DNA from: Desulfotalea psychrophila LSv54
GTDB lineage: Bacteria > Desulfobacterota > Desulfobulbia > Desulfobulbales > Desulfocapsaceae
Direction of reading: 5' to 3'
Assembly (NCBI RefSeq): GCF_000025945.1
Contig: NC_006138.1
Location: 1,350,001 to 1,382,000, forward strand
DNA length: 32,000 nt
The notes under the pieces are model-generated. The model saw only the letters and a list, made by a program, of their open reading frames with translations, was not told the DNA's origin and ran no database searches. The position numbers were made by a program, and so were the translations under genes. Shown here in pieces: positions 15,084 to 24,808 of the stretch. Every line of letters starts with the position of its first letter. Position 1 is the stretch's first letter.

Positions 15084-16799
15084 CTAGTTGCCGGCCATCA
15101 TGTCAGCAATATCACTCTCGGCGGTGCCGATGGGCTTGATGTTGAAGTTATCTACCAGCACCTTGAGTACCGCTGGCGAAATAAAGGCGGGCAGGCTCGG
15201 TCCGAGACGGATACCCTTAACTCCCAAATGCAGGAGGGCCAGGAGTACTGCCACCGCCTTCTGCTCGTACCAGCCGATATCAAAGGAGATGGGGAGCTCG
15301 TTGATATCTTCGAGCTGGAACACTTCCTTAAGTTTGAGGGCGATAACTGCCAGGGAGTAGGAGTCATTGCATTGACCGGCATCGAGTACCCGCGGGATGC
15401 CGCCGATATCACCGAGGTTCAGCTTGTTGTAGCGATACTTTGCGCAACCGGCGGTGAGAATGACCGTGTCCTTAGGAAGTTTCTCAGCAACTTCGGTGAA
15501 GTAGCCGCGTCCCTTTTGGCGGCCATCACAGCCTGCCATGACCACAAATCTTTTGATAGCCCCGGATTTTACCGCTTCAACCACCTTGTCGGCCAGGGCT
15601 ATTACCTGATTATGGGCAAAGCCGCCAACGATGGTGCCTGTTTCAATTTCCTCAGGTGCACTGCAGCCCTTGGCCTGTTTGATAATGGCGGAAAAATCCT
15701 TTGCCTTGCCCATTACCCTGTCGGCAATATGAGATACTCCCGGATAACCGGCCATACCGGTGGTGTAGATGCGGTTTTTGTAAGAGTTGCTCTCCCTGAT
15801 GGGTACGATACAGTTGGTGGTCATTAGGATCGGGCCGTTGAAGCTCTCGAAATCCTTATTTTGATGCCACCATGAGCTACCATAGTTGCCCTTAAGGTTT
15901 TCGTATTTCTTGAATGTGGGATAGTAATGGGCGGGAAGCATCTCGCCATGGGTGTAAACATCAATCCCCGTTCCCTGGGTCTGGATCATTAACTCCTCGA
16001 GATCTTTAAGATCATGTCCACTGATCAGAATGGCTGCCTTGTCACTGCCCCCGATGTTTACCTCGCTTATCTCAGGATGACCATAGCTCGTGGTATTGGC
16101 TGTATCCAGTGCTGCCATGGTGGTGACAGCGCATTCGCCGGCCCTGAGGACAAGGCTTACCATTTCATCAACGGAATGATCTTCCGTGGTGGAGGCCATG
16201 CCTTCAATGACAAAGTCATAGATCTCTTCTTTTTCCACCCCGAGCACGGCCGCATGCTCGGCATAGGCACCAATACCCTTTAGGCCAAGAATAAGCAGTT
16301 CGCGTAGAGATCTGACATCTTCGTTTTCTGTGGCCAGCACTCCGACGGTCTTGGCCTTCTCTTGAAACATGGCAGGATCGCTGGCAAACCATAGGGCAGA
16401 ACCGTCCAGCTGGTCTGATGCTAATGCCTTGTCGTCGGAGCCGAGGAAGTTCATAAGTGTCTTCCAGATAGAGGCCTGCTCGCTAGCAGAGCCAAGACCA
16501 TCTAACTCTGTTTTTAGACCCTGCTTAATGGCCTGGGAGCGCTTGATCCATCCCTCCAGGCTGGCGTTGTCAAAGTTGGCATTGGTGATGGTGGTAAAAA
16601 GCCCCTGAGAGATGAATAATCCGACGCTTTTATCAACCTTTACACCTGCATTTTTGAGGCCCTTTGCCAAGACGGCAATACCCTTGAGATCGTAGATGAG
16701 CAGATCCTGAAGGTTGGCCGTTGTCTCTTGTTTTCCACAAACACCCTTGACTGTGCATCCTGTACCTTTAGCGGTTTCTTGACATTGAAAACAGAACAT
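15084..16799 (-). CDS. hcp: hybrid cluster protein (hydroxylamine/NO reductase), copy 1
   Basis: 571 aa. The N-terminal [23 protein letters not shown] has the Cys-x2-Cys-x8-Cys-x5-Cys cluster motif. Conserved blocks are [41 protein letters not shown] and WYEQKAV. Confidence 0.95.
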   Translation of the reverse strand: MFCFQCQETAKGTGCTVKGVCGKQETTANLQDLLIYDLKGIAVLAKGLKNAGVKVDKSVGLFISQGLFTTITNANFDNASLEGWIKRSQAIKQGLKTELDGLGSASEQASIWKTLMNFLGSDDKALASDQLDGSALWFASDPAMFQEKAKTVGVLATENEDVRSLRELLILGLKGIGAYAEHAAVLGVEKEEIYDFVIEGMASTTEDHSVDEMVSLVLRAGECAVTTMAALDTANTTSYGHPEISEVNIGGSDKAAILISGHDLKDLEELMIQTQGTGIDVYTHGEMLPAHYYPTFKKYENLKGNYGSSWWHQNKDFESFNGPILMTTNCIVPIRESNSYKNRIYTTGMAGYPGVSHIADRVMGKAKDFSAIIKQAKGCSAPEEIETGTIVGGFAHNQVIALADKVVEAVKSGAIKRFVVMAGCDGRQKGRGYFTEVAEKLPKDTVILTAGCAKYRYNKLNLGDIGGIPRVLDAGQCNDSYSLAVIALKLKEVFQLEDINELPISFDIGWYEQKAVAVLLALLHLGVKGIRLGPSLPAFISPAVLKVLVDNFNIKPIGTAESDIADMMAGN

Positions 16800-16949
16800 A
16801 TGAACTCCTTTTCCTCTGTGGCTGTCTCTCTTCGTCTTAAACCTTTTTGGTGTTATCGAATAGAAACAGGAATAATCGGGGGAGAGGGCTGCCCCTCCCC
16901 TGTAATGTTGAACGTTTTGTCTACTCTACACGAGAGAAAAATTGTGGCC

Positions 16950-16963
16950 TTGACCTGGGTCAA
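16950..16963. promoter_or_regulatory. CRP/FNR-family (HcpR/FNR-like) operator: perfect palindrome TTGACCTGGGTCAA
   Basis: 14-bp perfect palindrome in the hcp-hcp divergent intergenic region. A TAGAGT -10-like hexamer on the minus strand (16928-16923) puts the site centre at about -40.5/-41.5. This is class II geometry for the minus-strand hcp. Confidence 0.55.
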
Positions 16964-17189
16964 TTTTTGTGAGGAGAAGGTGCTTTTCTCTTTAGGTTTT
17001 TTTTATGCTCCTCTTTTCTGAAGCTTGACCTGCAAAAAAAAATAGATGGCAAAGCACTTATGTCAGGCTAACCTTAATGCCTTGATTTGCTAAAGCTCAA
17101 TCGTATAGGATTAATGGAGCTTTATGATATGAATCTTTCGTTATAATTTGTCCTGGGGATTCTCAGGAAATGAAATTAAGGGGGTATCT

Positions 17190-18857
17190 ATGTTTTGCCA
17201 TCAGTGTCAGGAAACAGCTAAGGGAACGGGCTGCACCGTTCAAGGTGTTTGTGGTAAAAGAGAAGAGGTTGCTAATCTTCAAGATCTTTTTATTTGGACC
17301 CTTAAGGGTATTTCTGTCTGGGGTCTTAAGGGCAAGGAATTTGCTATTTACGATGAGAAGGTCGCCTTTTTTATCGTCAAGGGTATGTTCGCCACCATAA
17401 CAAATGCAAATTTTAACGGTGCTGATTTCATCGGTTTTATCAAAGAGGCTGTGGTCCATCGTCAGCATCTGCAGGCGCAGGTGCTTCAGGCTCATCTCTT
17501 GGCCCATGGAACAGCCTTTGTTGAAGACCTGCCCGAATGTGCCACTTGGTCCTTTGGGGATGAAACTGATATTCTGGCCAAGGCTTCAAGAGGGACAGGA
17601 GGTTGGCTAGAAATAGTGGATGAGGATGAACGTTCTCTTAAGGCCACTGTTTTGTACGGTTTGAAGGGGCTCTGTGCCTATGCGGAACACGCCTATCAGT
17701 TGGGTGGTCATAGTCGGGAGATCTTTGAATTTCTGATGGAAGCTCTTGCGGCCCTGGTTGATTCTACCCAGACCCTTGAAGAACTCCTGGCTTTGGTTCT
17801 TAAAACAGGGGGGATGGGGGTACAGACCATGGCCCTGCTTGATCAGGTAAATAATGAGAGCTATGGCGCCACTGAAATAAGCACAGTTAGTCTGGGGGTT
17901 GGCGATAAGCCGGGTATTTTGGTCAGTGGCCATGACCTTAAGGATCTGGAAGAGCTGTTGGTCCAAACCGAGGGTAAGGGGGTTGATATCTATACCCACA
18001 GTGAAATGCTTCCGGCCCATTATTATCCCAAACTTAAAAAATATGATCATCTCGTTGGTAATTATGGTAACTCCTGGTGGCTACAGAAGAGGGAGTTTGA
18101 CTCCTTTCACGGGCCGGTCCTCTTTACCTCAAACTGTATTGTTCCTCCTAAACCCGAACATGTTGATCGAATTTTTACCACCGGTGCCGTAGGGGTTGTC
18201 GGTTGTGCCCATATTCCCGATCGCAGTGGGGGCGAGGCTAAGGACTTTTCCCAGATTATCGATCTCGCCCTATCCTCTCAACCACCTGAGCAGATTGAAA
18301 CTGGTACCATCGTTGGTGGCTTTGGTCATAACCAGGTGCTGGCCTTAAAAGACAAAATTATTGATGCGGTAAAATCGGGGGCCATCAAAAGATTCGTGGT
18401 CATGGGAGGATGTGACGGCCGTCATAAAAGCCGTAACTACTATACCGAGGTGGCCAGATTGCTACCTAAGGATACGATTATTCTTACTGCCGGCTGTGCT
18501 AAGTATAAGTATCTTAAGCTTGATCTTGGTGATATCGGTGGTATTCCTCGGGTGCTTGATGCCGGTCAGTGTAATGATTCCTACTCTCTGGCAGTGATCG
18601 CCCTTGAGTTACAAAAGGCCTTTGCCCTTGAAAATATTAACGATCTGCCCATCTCCTATGATATTGCCTGGTATGAGCAGAAGGCCGTTTTGGTTCTTCT
18701 TGCCCTGCTCTCTCTGGGGATAAAGGGTATCCGTCTTGGCCCAACCCTGCCGGGTTTTTTCTCAGAAAATATTGCCAGTATCTTGACGGAACATTTTGAG
18801 ATTAAGGCCATTGGAACTCCGGAAGAGGATGTCGCGGCGATGATGGCGGGGCATTAA
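17190..18857 (+). CDS. hcp: hybrid cluster protein, copy 2 (divergent paralog)
   Basis: The ATG at 17190 follows AAGGGGG and gives [23 protein letters not shown]. The same conserved blocks as copy 1 are present ([41 protein letters not shown]). The 17148-17189 extension of the ORF is not used. Confidence 0.95.
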   Translation: MFCHQCQETAKGTGCTVQGVCGKREEVANLQDLFIWTLKGISVWGLKGKEFAIYDEKVAFFIVKGMFATITNANFNGADFIGFIKEAVVHRQHLQAQVLQAHLLAHGTAFVEDLPECATWSFGDETDILAKASRGTGGWLEIVDEDERSLKATVLYGLKGLCAYAEHAYQLGGHSREIFEFLMEALAALVDSTQTLEELLALVLKTGGMGVQTMALLDQVNNESYGATEISTVSLGVGDKPGILVSGHDLKDLEELLVQTEGKGVDIYTHSEMLPAHYYPKLKKYDHLVGNYGNSWWLQKREFDSFHGPVLFTSNCIVPPKPEHVDRIFTTGAVGVVGCAHIPDRSGGEAKDFSQIIDLALSSQPPEQIETGTIVGGFGHNQVLALKDKIIDAVKSGAIKRFVVMGGCDGRHKSRNYYTEVARLLPKDTIILTAGCAKYKYLKLDLGDIGGIPRVLDAGQCNDSYSLAVIALELQKAFALENINDLPISYDIAWYEQKAVLVLLALLSLGIKGIRLGPTLPGFFSENIASILTEHFEIKAIGTPEEDVAAMMAGH

Positions 18858-19010
18858 TGGCCCCATGAAGAGCAGAGGGTGCTGAGCTAGAAGATGGCCA
18901 TTTCCCCTCTTTTTCTGGTGGAGAATCGATGTGCTATTTTTTCTTACTAGGGGGTGCGGCACAACCTCTTTTTGTCTTTTTTCGGTAAATTCTAACCTGT
19001 AGGAGGGGAG

Positions 19011-20111
19011 ATGAGTGATCCCATCTTTGCCAAAAGACTCAGGGCCTGCCCCCTTATCGGGGCAGGTGTTATTTGTTTTTTTGCTACCATCTTTTGTCTG
19101 GCTGAGTCAAATGCTGCGGAGAGTATAATGAAAAACAGAGAAGATCTTTCTATTACCACCCTGGCAGGAGGATGTTTTTGGTGCCTTGAGGCCGATCTTG
19201 AAAAACTACCGGGGATTGTCGATGTTGTTTCGGGGTATAGCGGGGGTGATCAGAAAAACCCCAGCTATGAAGAGGTGAGCACGGGCAGGACGGGGCATTT
19301 GGAGGCGGTACAGATTCGCTTTGACCCCGAGGTGATCTCCTATGAAGAGATATTACAGAGGTTTTTTCGCCTGCATGATCCAACCGATGCCGGTGGTTCT
19401 TTCGTTGACCGGGGGCGCCAGTACAGTTCAGCCATTTTCTATCATGATGAGGTGCAAAAGGAGATTGCAGAGCGGGTCAGGGATGAGCTTGCCCCTACCT
19501 TTTCCCGGCCCATTGTCACTGAGCTAATTTCTTTTAGGGCGTTTTATCCAGCGGAGGATTATCACCAGAATTATTCGCTGAAAAGCCCACAGGCCTATGC
19601 GCGTTATCGTAGCCTCTCGGGGAGGGATAGTTTTATTGAGGCGATCTGGGGCAGTGCAGGGGAGATGAACTATGAAAAAATGTCAGATGATCAGCTACGT
19701 AAGCGATTGACAGCCCTGCAGTACGAGGTTGTGCGAGAGGATGGCACGGAACCACCCTATGATAATGCCTACTGGGATAATAAAAGGGCGGGGATTTACG
19801 TAGACATTGTTTCTGGCGAGCCTCTGTTTAGCTCTCGGGATAAGTATAAATCTGGTACGGGGTGGCCAAGTTTTATTCGGCCGCTTGTGGCAGAAAATGT
19901 AGTAGAACTTAAGGATAATAGCTTTTTTTTAAGACGTACCGAGCTACGCTCTCTGCATGCAGACTCCCATCTCGGCCATCTATTTACCGACGGCCCGGCC
20001 CCAACAGGCCTGCGTTATTGTATTAACTCTGCTTCCCTGCGCTTTATTCCAAGAGAGGTAATGCAGGCCGAGGGTTATGGTGAATATCTGAGCTCTTTTT
20101 TGCATAATTAG
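19011..20111 (+). CDS. msrAB: bifunctional methionine sulfoxide reductase MsrA-MsrB fusion with N-terminal signal/anchor
   Basis: MsrA motif [11 protein letters not shown]...GYSGG. MsrB motifs GTGWPSF and [12 protein letters not shown]-terminal hydrophobic segment [38 protein letters not shown] lies before the ATG. Confidence 0.9.
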   Translation: MSDPIFAKRLRACPLIGAGVICFFATIFCLAESNAAESIMKNREDLSITTLAGGCFWCLEADLEKLPGIVDVVSGYSGGDQKNPSYEEVSTGRTGHLEAVQIRFDPEVISYEEILQRFFRLHDPTDAGGSFVDRGRQYSSAIFYHDEVQKEIAERVRDELAPTFSRPIVTELISFRAFYPAEDYHQNYSLKSPQAYARYRSLSGRDSFIEAIWGSAGEMNYEKMSDDQLRKRLTALQYEVVREDGTEPPYDNAYWDNKRAGIYVDIVSGEPLFSSRDKYKSGTGWPSFIRPLVAENVVELKDNSFFLRRTELRSLHADSHLGHLFTDGPAPTGLRYCINSASLRFIPREVMQAEGYGEYLSSFLHN

Positions 20112-20140
20112 CCCCAGTTTTGTTGAGAGAGGAGAGGGGG

Positions 20141-21412
20141 ATGGAAGACTATCTGGTAACGGGTATATTTTTTTTCATGGGGCTTCTCGCTACGGCAGTG
20201 GTTTCTTCGGTTATCTTTAAGCGCCTCTCCTTTCCCTATACCATAGGCCTGGTCGTTGTTGGTGGGCTCTTGGGTTTTCTTGCCTTTCGTTGGCAACCTC
20301 TGGCCCTTCTGCAAAACATTGATCTCTCGCCCGGGGTAATTCTCTACCTGATTTTGCCAACTCTTATCTTTGATGCGGCTATTAATATAGATACTCATCT
20401 GCTCAGGAGGGATTTTTTTATAATCTTTCTCCTGGCTGTTATAGGTCTCCTCGCCTCAGCCGCAATGATTGGTTACTCTCTTGCCTACTTTACCCCCTTA
20501 AGTCTTGGCGCTGCCCTGCTCTTTGGTGCTCTTATTTCGGCAACTGATCCGGTGGCGGTTATGGCCCTTTTTCGGGAGGTGGGTGCACCACCCAGGCTTG
20601 CCACCCTGATGGATGGGGAGAGTCTGTTAAATGATGCCACCGCCATAGTGCTTTTTGTTATTATTCTTGGCACCATGGGTTTTGATATAGGGCCGGACTT
20701 CAATATGGCCAATCATCCCCTCTTCAGCTTTGTCTTTGTCCTGGCGGGCGGTGTTCTGGTTGGTCTGGTTGTTGGCTGGATTGGTGTCCTTTTGGTTCTT
20801 TTAGATAGGTCGAATTTTATTTCGGAGCTGACAATTAGCTTTGTTGTTGCCTATATATCCTTTTTGGTAGCAGATCATCTCTTTGATGTTTCCGGCGTTA
20901 TGTCGACCCTGACCGCCGGCATCACCCTAAAGGCCTTGGGGGGCAAACATCTTGATGTGGCTAATCTTAAAATGATTAAGCGATTTTGGAACTATTTCGC
21001 CTTTATTGCCAACAGCATGATATTTCTTCTCCTCGGTCTCACAGAAGAGCATGTCTTTTATAATATGATTCATCTCCATCAGCATATGTTCTACCTGCTC
21101 TTTGCCATCCCTGCAGTTCTCGTTGCCCGGGCCATAGTTGTCTGGAGCATAGTGGGTATCTATAATAGATTTGTTGCAAAGGAAAATACTGTGCCGGGCG
21201 CTTATCAGGCTGTCCTTATCTGGGGTGGGCTGCGCGGGGCAATTCCGGTGGCACTTGTTCTGACTATTCCAGCAGAGATGCCCTTTCGTCCCCTCCTGAT
21301 TGATCTTACCTTGGGCTTTGTTCTCTTTACCCTGCTCGTTCAGGGAACGACGGTGAAGAAGATGATGAAGGCTTTGGGCGTGACCGTCAGGGAGGAGGTG
21401 GAAGAGGAGTAG
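20141..21412 (+). CDS. Na+/H+ (monovalent cation/proton) antiporter, CPA1 family
   Basis: The ATG at 20141 follows GGAGAGGGGG. There are about 11-12 TM segments. Motifs: LLFGALISATDPVAV and GESLLNDATAIVLF. There is no large C-terminal regulatory domain. Confidence 0.85.
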   Translation: MEDYLVTGIFFFMGLLATAVVSSVIFKRLSFPYTIGLVVVGGLLGFLAFRWQPLALLQNIDLSPGVILYLILPTLIFDAAINIDTHLLRRDFFIIFLLAVIGLLASAAMIGYSLAYFTPLSLGAALLFGALISATDPVAVMALFREVGAPPRLATLMDGESLLNDATAIVLFVIILGTMGFDIGPDFNMANHPLFSFVFVLAGGVLVGLVVGWIGVLLVLLDRSNFISELTISFVVAYISFLVADHLFDVSGVMSTLTAGITLKALGGKHLDVANLKMIKRFWNYFAFIANSMIFLLLGLTEEHVFYNMIHLHQHMFYLLFAIPAVLVARAIVVWSIVGIYNRFVAKENTVPGAYQAVLIWGGLRGAIPVALVLTIPAEMPFRPLLIDLTLGFVLFTLLVQGTTVKKMMKALGVTVREEVEEE

Positions 21413-21442
21413 GTAGCTGTTAACTCACCTATAAAATAGTGC

Positions 21443-22144
21443 CTACTGTCGTTCTAGCCTTTTGTTTGCCAACCTGTAGCTGAGATCTGCTATCCGTTGG
21501 ATTTGATCCTGATAGTGGGAGACCATGAGGATGGTGCACTGCCTCTTGAGTTCGACGAGGAGGAGCTCTATTTTTTCGCAGGCAGCGGCATCAAGGGATG
21601 AGGTCGGTTCATCCAGAAGCAGGATCTCCGGTTGCAGAATCAGGGCCCTGGCAATGCAGAGTCGCTGTTGCTGGCCACCAGAGAGTGTTCTCGCATCACT
21701 GTCCAGCCGATCCTTGACCTCGTCCCATAGATGTACCTCTTGCAGTATTTTCTCCACTCTGCTGGCTTTTTCAACCCTGCTCATCTTTCCCTGAAGACCA
21801 AGGGGGAAGGCAATGTTGCGGCCGATGCTCATAGGGAGTGGATTCGGGCTTTGGAAGACCATTCCTACCCGTCTACGTAGCTGGTCAAGGGCTATCTCTT
21901 TACCATAGATATCGGTTGGCCCTTCCTTGAAATGGATCGTGATTTTTCCCTGCAAATTCCCCTGCCCCTCCTCTTCCCAGAGACGATTAAAGAGTGAGAG
22001 AAATGTCGATTTTCCTGTACCCGATGGGCCGGTGACGGCAATAATTGCCTGTTCGGGAAACTGGAGAGAGATTCCCTTAAGGATGGTTCTCTTTTCATAT
22101 GAAAAGCAGACGTTTTCTAGCGCGATTTTAGGATATTGGCACAT
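21443..22144 (-). CDS. pstB: phosphate ABC transporter ATP-binding protein
   Basis: Walker A GPSGTGKST, signature [15 protein letters not shown], Walker B ILLLDEPTSSLD. The Met at 22144 (MCQYPKIALENV) lies 4 nt after the pstA stop. The 22145-22324 extension would overlap pstA. Confidence 0.9.
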   Translation of the reverse strand: MCQYPKIALENVCFSYEKRTILKGISLQFPEQAIIAVTGPSGTGKSTFLSLFNRLWEEEGQGNLQGKITIHFKEGPTDIYGKEIALDQLRRRVGMVFQSPNPLPMSIGRNIAFPLGLQGKMSRVEKASRVEKILQEVHLWDEVKDRLDSDARTLSGGQQQRLCIARALILQPEILLLDEPTSSLDAAACEKIELLLVELKRQCTILMVSHYQDQIQRIADLSYRLANKRLERQ

Positions 22145-22148
22145 GGCT

Positions 22149-23024
22149 TTATCTCTTGTTGTACTGTGAGAGCATTCGTTCGATGACCCAAGCTCCCAGA
22201 AAAAGAAGGGCGCAGAGGGCGAGGAGGAGGAGTGCTGCCCCGAATCCCCGGTGCAGTTCGTCTCTGTTGCTGTACTGCGAGGAGATATAATAGATATAAA
22301 ATGGGAGCGCTTCAAATTGTTCAAAGAGGGAGCGTATCATCCCCGCCGAGGCAACGGCACCGGTGAGCATGATAACGGCGGTATCCTCTGCTGCCCGGCC
22401 AATGGCGAGGATGATTCCGCCCAGAATGTCCGGTAGCTTGCTGGGGAGGAGGACTTGAAGAATGTTTTGTATCTTGCTGGCCCCGAGGGCCGGGGCTGTC
22501 TGGCGTAGGGTTTGAGGTACGGATTCCAGGGCTGCTTGGCAGGTACGAATAAGATAGGGCAGGATCAAAAAGGCCAGGCTTGCAGCTGAGAGGAGTAGGC
22601 AGGGGCCTATTCTCCCCGGGAACATTTTGTGCAGAAGGATAGTTATGGAAAAACCTGCCAGGCCGATAACGATTGAAGGTAGGCCTGCCAGAATATCAAA
22701 GAGGAGTGAAAAAAATATCTTTGTCTTTCCCCTGGCGTATTCTGCCATATAGATGCCTGCGGCAATGCCAATGGGGATGGCCAATAAGACGGCAAGGAGG
22801 ACAAGGGCAAAGGTCCCCATTAGAGCGGGGAACAGGCCGTCAAAGACCTGGCGGTGGAAGAGGAGTGCATCCACTGCCCCTACCTCGCCAAAGAGAGTTC
22901 GGCTGTTCAGGAATGCGCCACCCTGGTGGAAGAGATAGCCTATGATGGTGAGCAGGGCGGCAAGGAGTAGGGCGAATGCGGCCCATGAAAAGAGGATGCT
23001 GGCCTGTTCGAACAATTTTCTCAT
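22149..23024 (-). CDS. pstA: phosphate ABC transporter permease
   Basis: 291 aa, about 6 TM. It is the second permease in pstS-C-A-B order. ABC permease EAA-type loop (ALGASKIQNILQVLLP). The start overlaps the pstC stop (ATGA). Confidence 0.85.
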   Translation of the reverse strand: MRKLFEQASILFSWAAFALLLAALLTIIGYLFHQGGAFLNSRTLFGEVGAVDALLFHRQVFDGLFPALMGTFALVLLAVLLAIPIGIAAGIYMAEYARGKTKIFFSLLFDILAGLPSIVIGLAGFSITILLHKMFPGRIGPCLLLSAASLAFLILPYLIRTCQAALESVPQTLRQTAPALGASKIQNILQVLLPSKLPDILGGIILAIGRAAEDTAVIMLTGAVASAGMIRSLFEQFEALPFYIYYISSQYSNRDELHRGFGAALLLLALCALLFLGAWVIERMLSQYNKR

Positions 23025-23881
23025 CGAAGGTTTTTTCCTACTCTGCTGGAGATAAGATGGAGGGTGGCTACAAAGAGGAGGGTGAAGAGGTAGAGTACCA
23101 GGGCGCAGGCAAAGATTGTCTTGAACTCCATGGAAGAAAAATCTGCGGCAATGACCAGGGCAATATGGCTGGTGAGAGATCGTCCCGGTTCTGTGATTGA
23201 TTCGGGTACGGCAATGCTGTTACCGGCAAGCATCAGGCTGATTAGGGTATCTCCCATAGCTCGTCCAAGACCAAGGATAATTCCTGCGCTTATTGCCGGT
23301 AGGCATTGGGGCAGGAGGACATAGAGTAGCCTCTGGATGGGTCTTGCCCCTAGAGCGTCGGCGGCTCGGCTGTATGGGGCTGGGACATTTTGCAGGCCGC
23401 TGATAAAGAGGGTGATCATGGTCGGGGCAATGAGCAGGGCCAGGATGAGGGCGGCGGTGAGGATGGAAAAGCCGGAGCCTCCCGTGATCATCTCTCGCAT
23501 AAAGGGGACGAGGAGGAAGATGGCGACAAATCCATAGACCACGGTGGGAACACCTGCCATAAGACGTACCATCCCCAGAAGCCTTGGCCGTAAGCCTCGG
23601 GGGGCAAGGACGGTGATGACGGAGGCACTGCCCAGGCTTAGGGGCAGGCTTATGCAGACGGCAAGGATGGATATCTGCATGCTCCCCAGGAGCATGGGGT
23701 AGATACCATATTTGCCGACAGTCGGTTGCCATTCTCCCCGGAGCAGATCGATGATCTCTCCCCCTTCTAGCAGGGGCCAGGCCAGGTAGAGCATCAACAG
23801 AAAAACGGCGATGATCAGACCGCCACTGATCATCGCCGCCAGCTGGAAACAGAGCTCAAGGGGTGATTTTCGTCCAATCAT
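23021..23881 (-). CDS. pstC: phosphate ABC transporter permease
   Basis: 286 aa, about 6 TM. Loop motif ADALGARPIQRLLYVLLPQCLP. The start overlaps the pstS stop. Confidence 0.85.
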   Translation of the reverse strand: MIGRKSPLELCFQLAAMISGGLIIAVFLLMLYLAWPLLEGGEIIDLLRGEWQPTVGKYGIYPMLLGSMQISILAVCISLPLSLGSASVITVLAPRGLRPRLLGMVRLMAGVPTVVYGFVAIFLLVPFMREMITGGSGFSILTAALILALLIAPTMITLFISGLQNVPAPYSRAADALGARPIQRLLYVLLPQCLPAISAGIILGLGRAMGDTLISLMLAGNSIAVPESITEPGRSLTSHIALVIAADFSSMEFKTIFACALVLYLFTLLFVATLHLISSRVGKNLR

Positions 23882-24705
23882 CGAACGGCAACAAATCCCT
23901 TGCTGACAACGATATTTTGTCCTGTTGGGCTATAGAGAAAATTGAGAAACAGTTGGGCAAGTCCCGGGGGTTTTCCCACGGTAAGGCTGTAGAGGCCTCG
24001 CGCTACCTTATATTTCCCATTTTGCACGTTTTTGAGATTTGCCACAACTCCATCAATTGCCACAGCCTGTACTGAGCTGTCAATATGGCCGACGGAGACA
24101 TAACCGATACCGTAGGGATCTCCGCCGATGGCGGTCTTCATGGCTCCGTTGGAAACAACCACATTGGCTCTGGTTGAAACGGGCCCTTTCTTCAGGGCCT
24201 TTTTCCAGAAGACACTGCGGGTGCCACTGGCTGTATCCCGTACATAGAGGTTTATTGCCTTGTCGATACCACCTACCATCTTCCAGTTGTCTATTTTTCC
24301 TGCAAATATATCTTGTAACTGTTCACTGGAAAGGTTGGAAACCTGGTTTTTGGGGTTTGCTACGGCGCTTACTCCGTCTGTGGCCCACTTGAATATCTCC
24401 AGGCCATAGCTTTTTATCTCTTTCTCACTGGCCATGCGGCCTGCGTTGCCAATATTAATCATGCCCTCGCCAACCTGTTTGATACCAACCCCGGAACCAC
24501 CACCGGCAATGGTGATGCGAATATCCGGATTTGCCTGCATGATGAGTTTGGCTGCTTCTTTCATCACAGGGATATGGGCGGTGCCGCCGGCAATCTTAAG
24601 TAGGCCCTTTTGCCCGGAAAATGGGCTGAGATCGTCTGCCTGGGCTATGCTGAAGGAGCAGAGTAAAAGGATTCCTATTATGATGGTCTGTAGTCTTCTG
24701 AGCAT
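23878..24705 (-). CDS. pstS: phosphate-binding periplasmic protein
   Basis: Signal peptide MLRRLQTIIIGILLLCSFSIAQA. PstS-family motifs are AGGGSGVGIKQV and RDTASGTRSVF. It is the first gene of the pst operon. Confidence 0.85.
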   Translation of the reverse strand: MLRRLQTIIIGILLLCSFSIAQADDLSPFSGQKGLLKIAGGTAHIPVMKEAAKLIMQANPDIRITIAGGGSGVGIKQVGEGMINIGNAGRMASEKEIKSYGLEIFKWATDGVSAVANPKNQVSNLSSEQLQDIFAGKIDNWKMVGGIDKAINLYVRDTASGTRSVFWKKALKKGPVSTRANVVVSNGAMKTAIGGDPYGIGYVSVGHIDSSVQAVAIDGVVANLKNVQNGKYKVARGLYSLTVGKPPGLAQLFLNFLYSPTGQNIVVSKGFVAVR

Positions 24706-24808
24706 GGTTCTCTCCTGTTAAGTGGTTAAGAACAATGCTCTTAGCATTAATGGCGGGGACGGTCAAATAGATAATCCGGATAGTGAAACCCCTGTCTATC
24801 GGCTAGAT

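Noticed and set aside
15075-15827. 250-aa plus-strand ORF
   Set aside because: It lies entirely antisense to the well-supported hcp gene (15084-16799). It has no recognisable motifs and is a typical shadow ORF of a long gene.
17082-17100. TTGAT ... TCAA as a second FNR-type site for the plus-strand hcp
   Set aside because: The half-sites are 10 nt apart instead of 4, and the second half is incomplete.
18858-19010. Terminator after the plus-strand hcp (AGAGGG ... CCCTCT + TTTTT)
   Set aside because: The stem is only 6 bp with a ~25-nt loop. This is too weak to annotate, and read-through into msrAB cannot be excluded.
22145-22324. 60-codon N-terminal extension of the pstB ORF
   Set aside because: It would overlap pstA by about 175 nt and encodes Ser-rich, non-ABC sequence. 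The Met at 22144 lies 4 nt after the pstA stop and gives a normal PstB N-terminus.
23220-23732. 170-aa minus-strand ORF rich in Pro/Arg/His
   Set aside because: It is an alternative frame inside pstC. Its composition is an out-of-frame artefact, and the pstC frame has clear permease features.
24714-24729. Direct repeat GTTAAG-TG-GTTAAG resembling a Pho box upstream of pstS
   Set aside because: It lies 10-25 nt from the start codon, inside the 5' UTR/RBS region rather than at -35. It was read on the non-coding orientation and matches the CTGTCAT consensus poorly.
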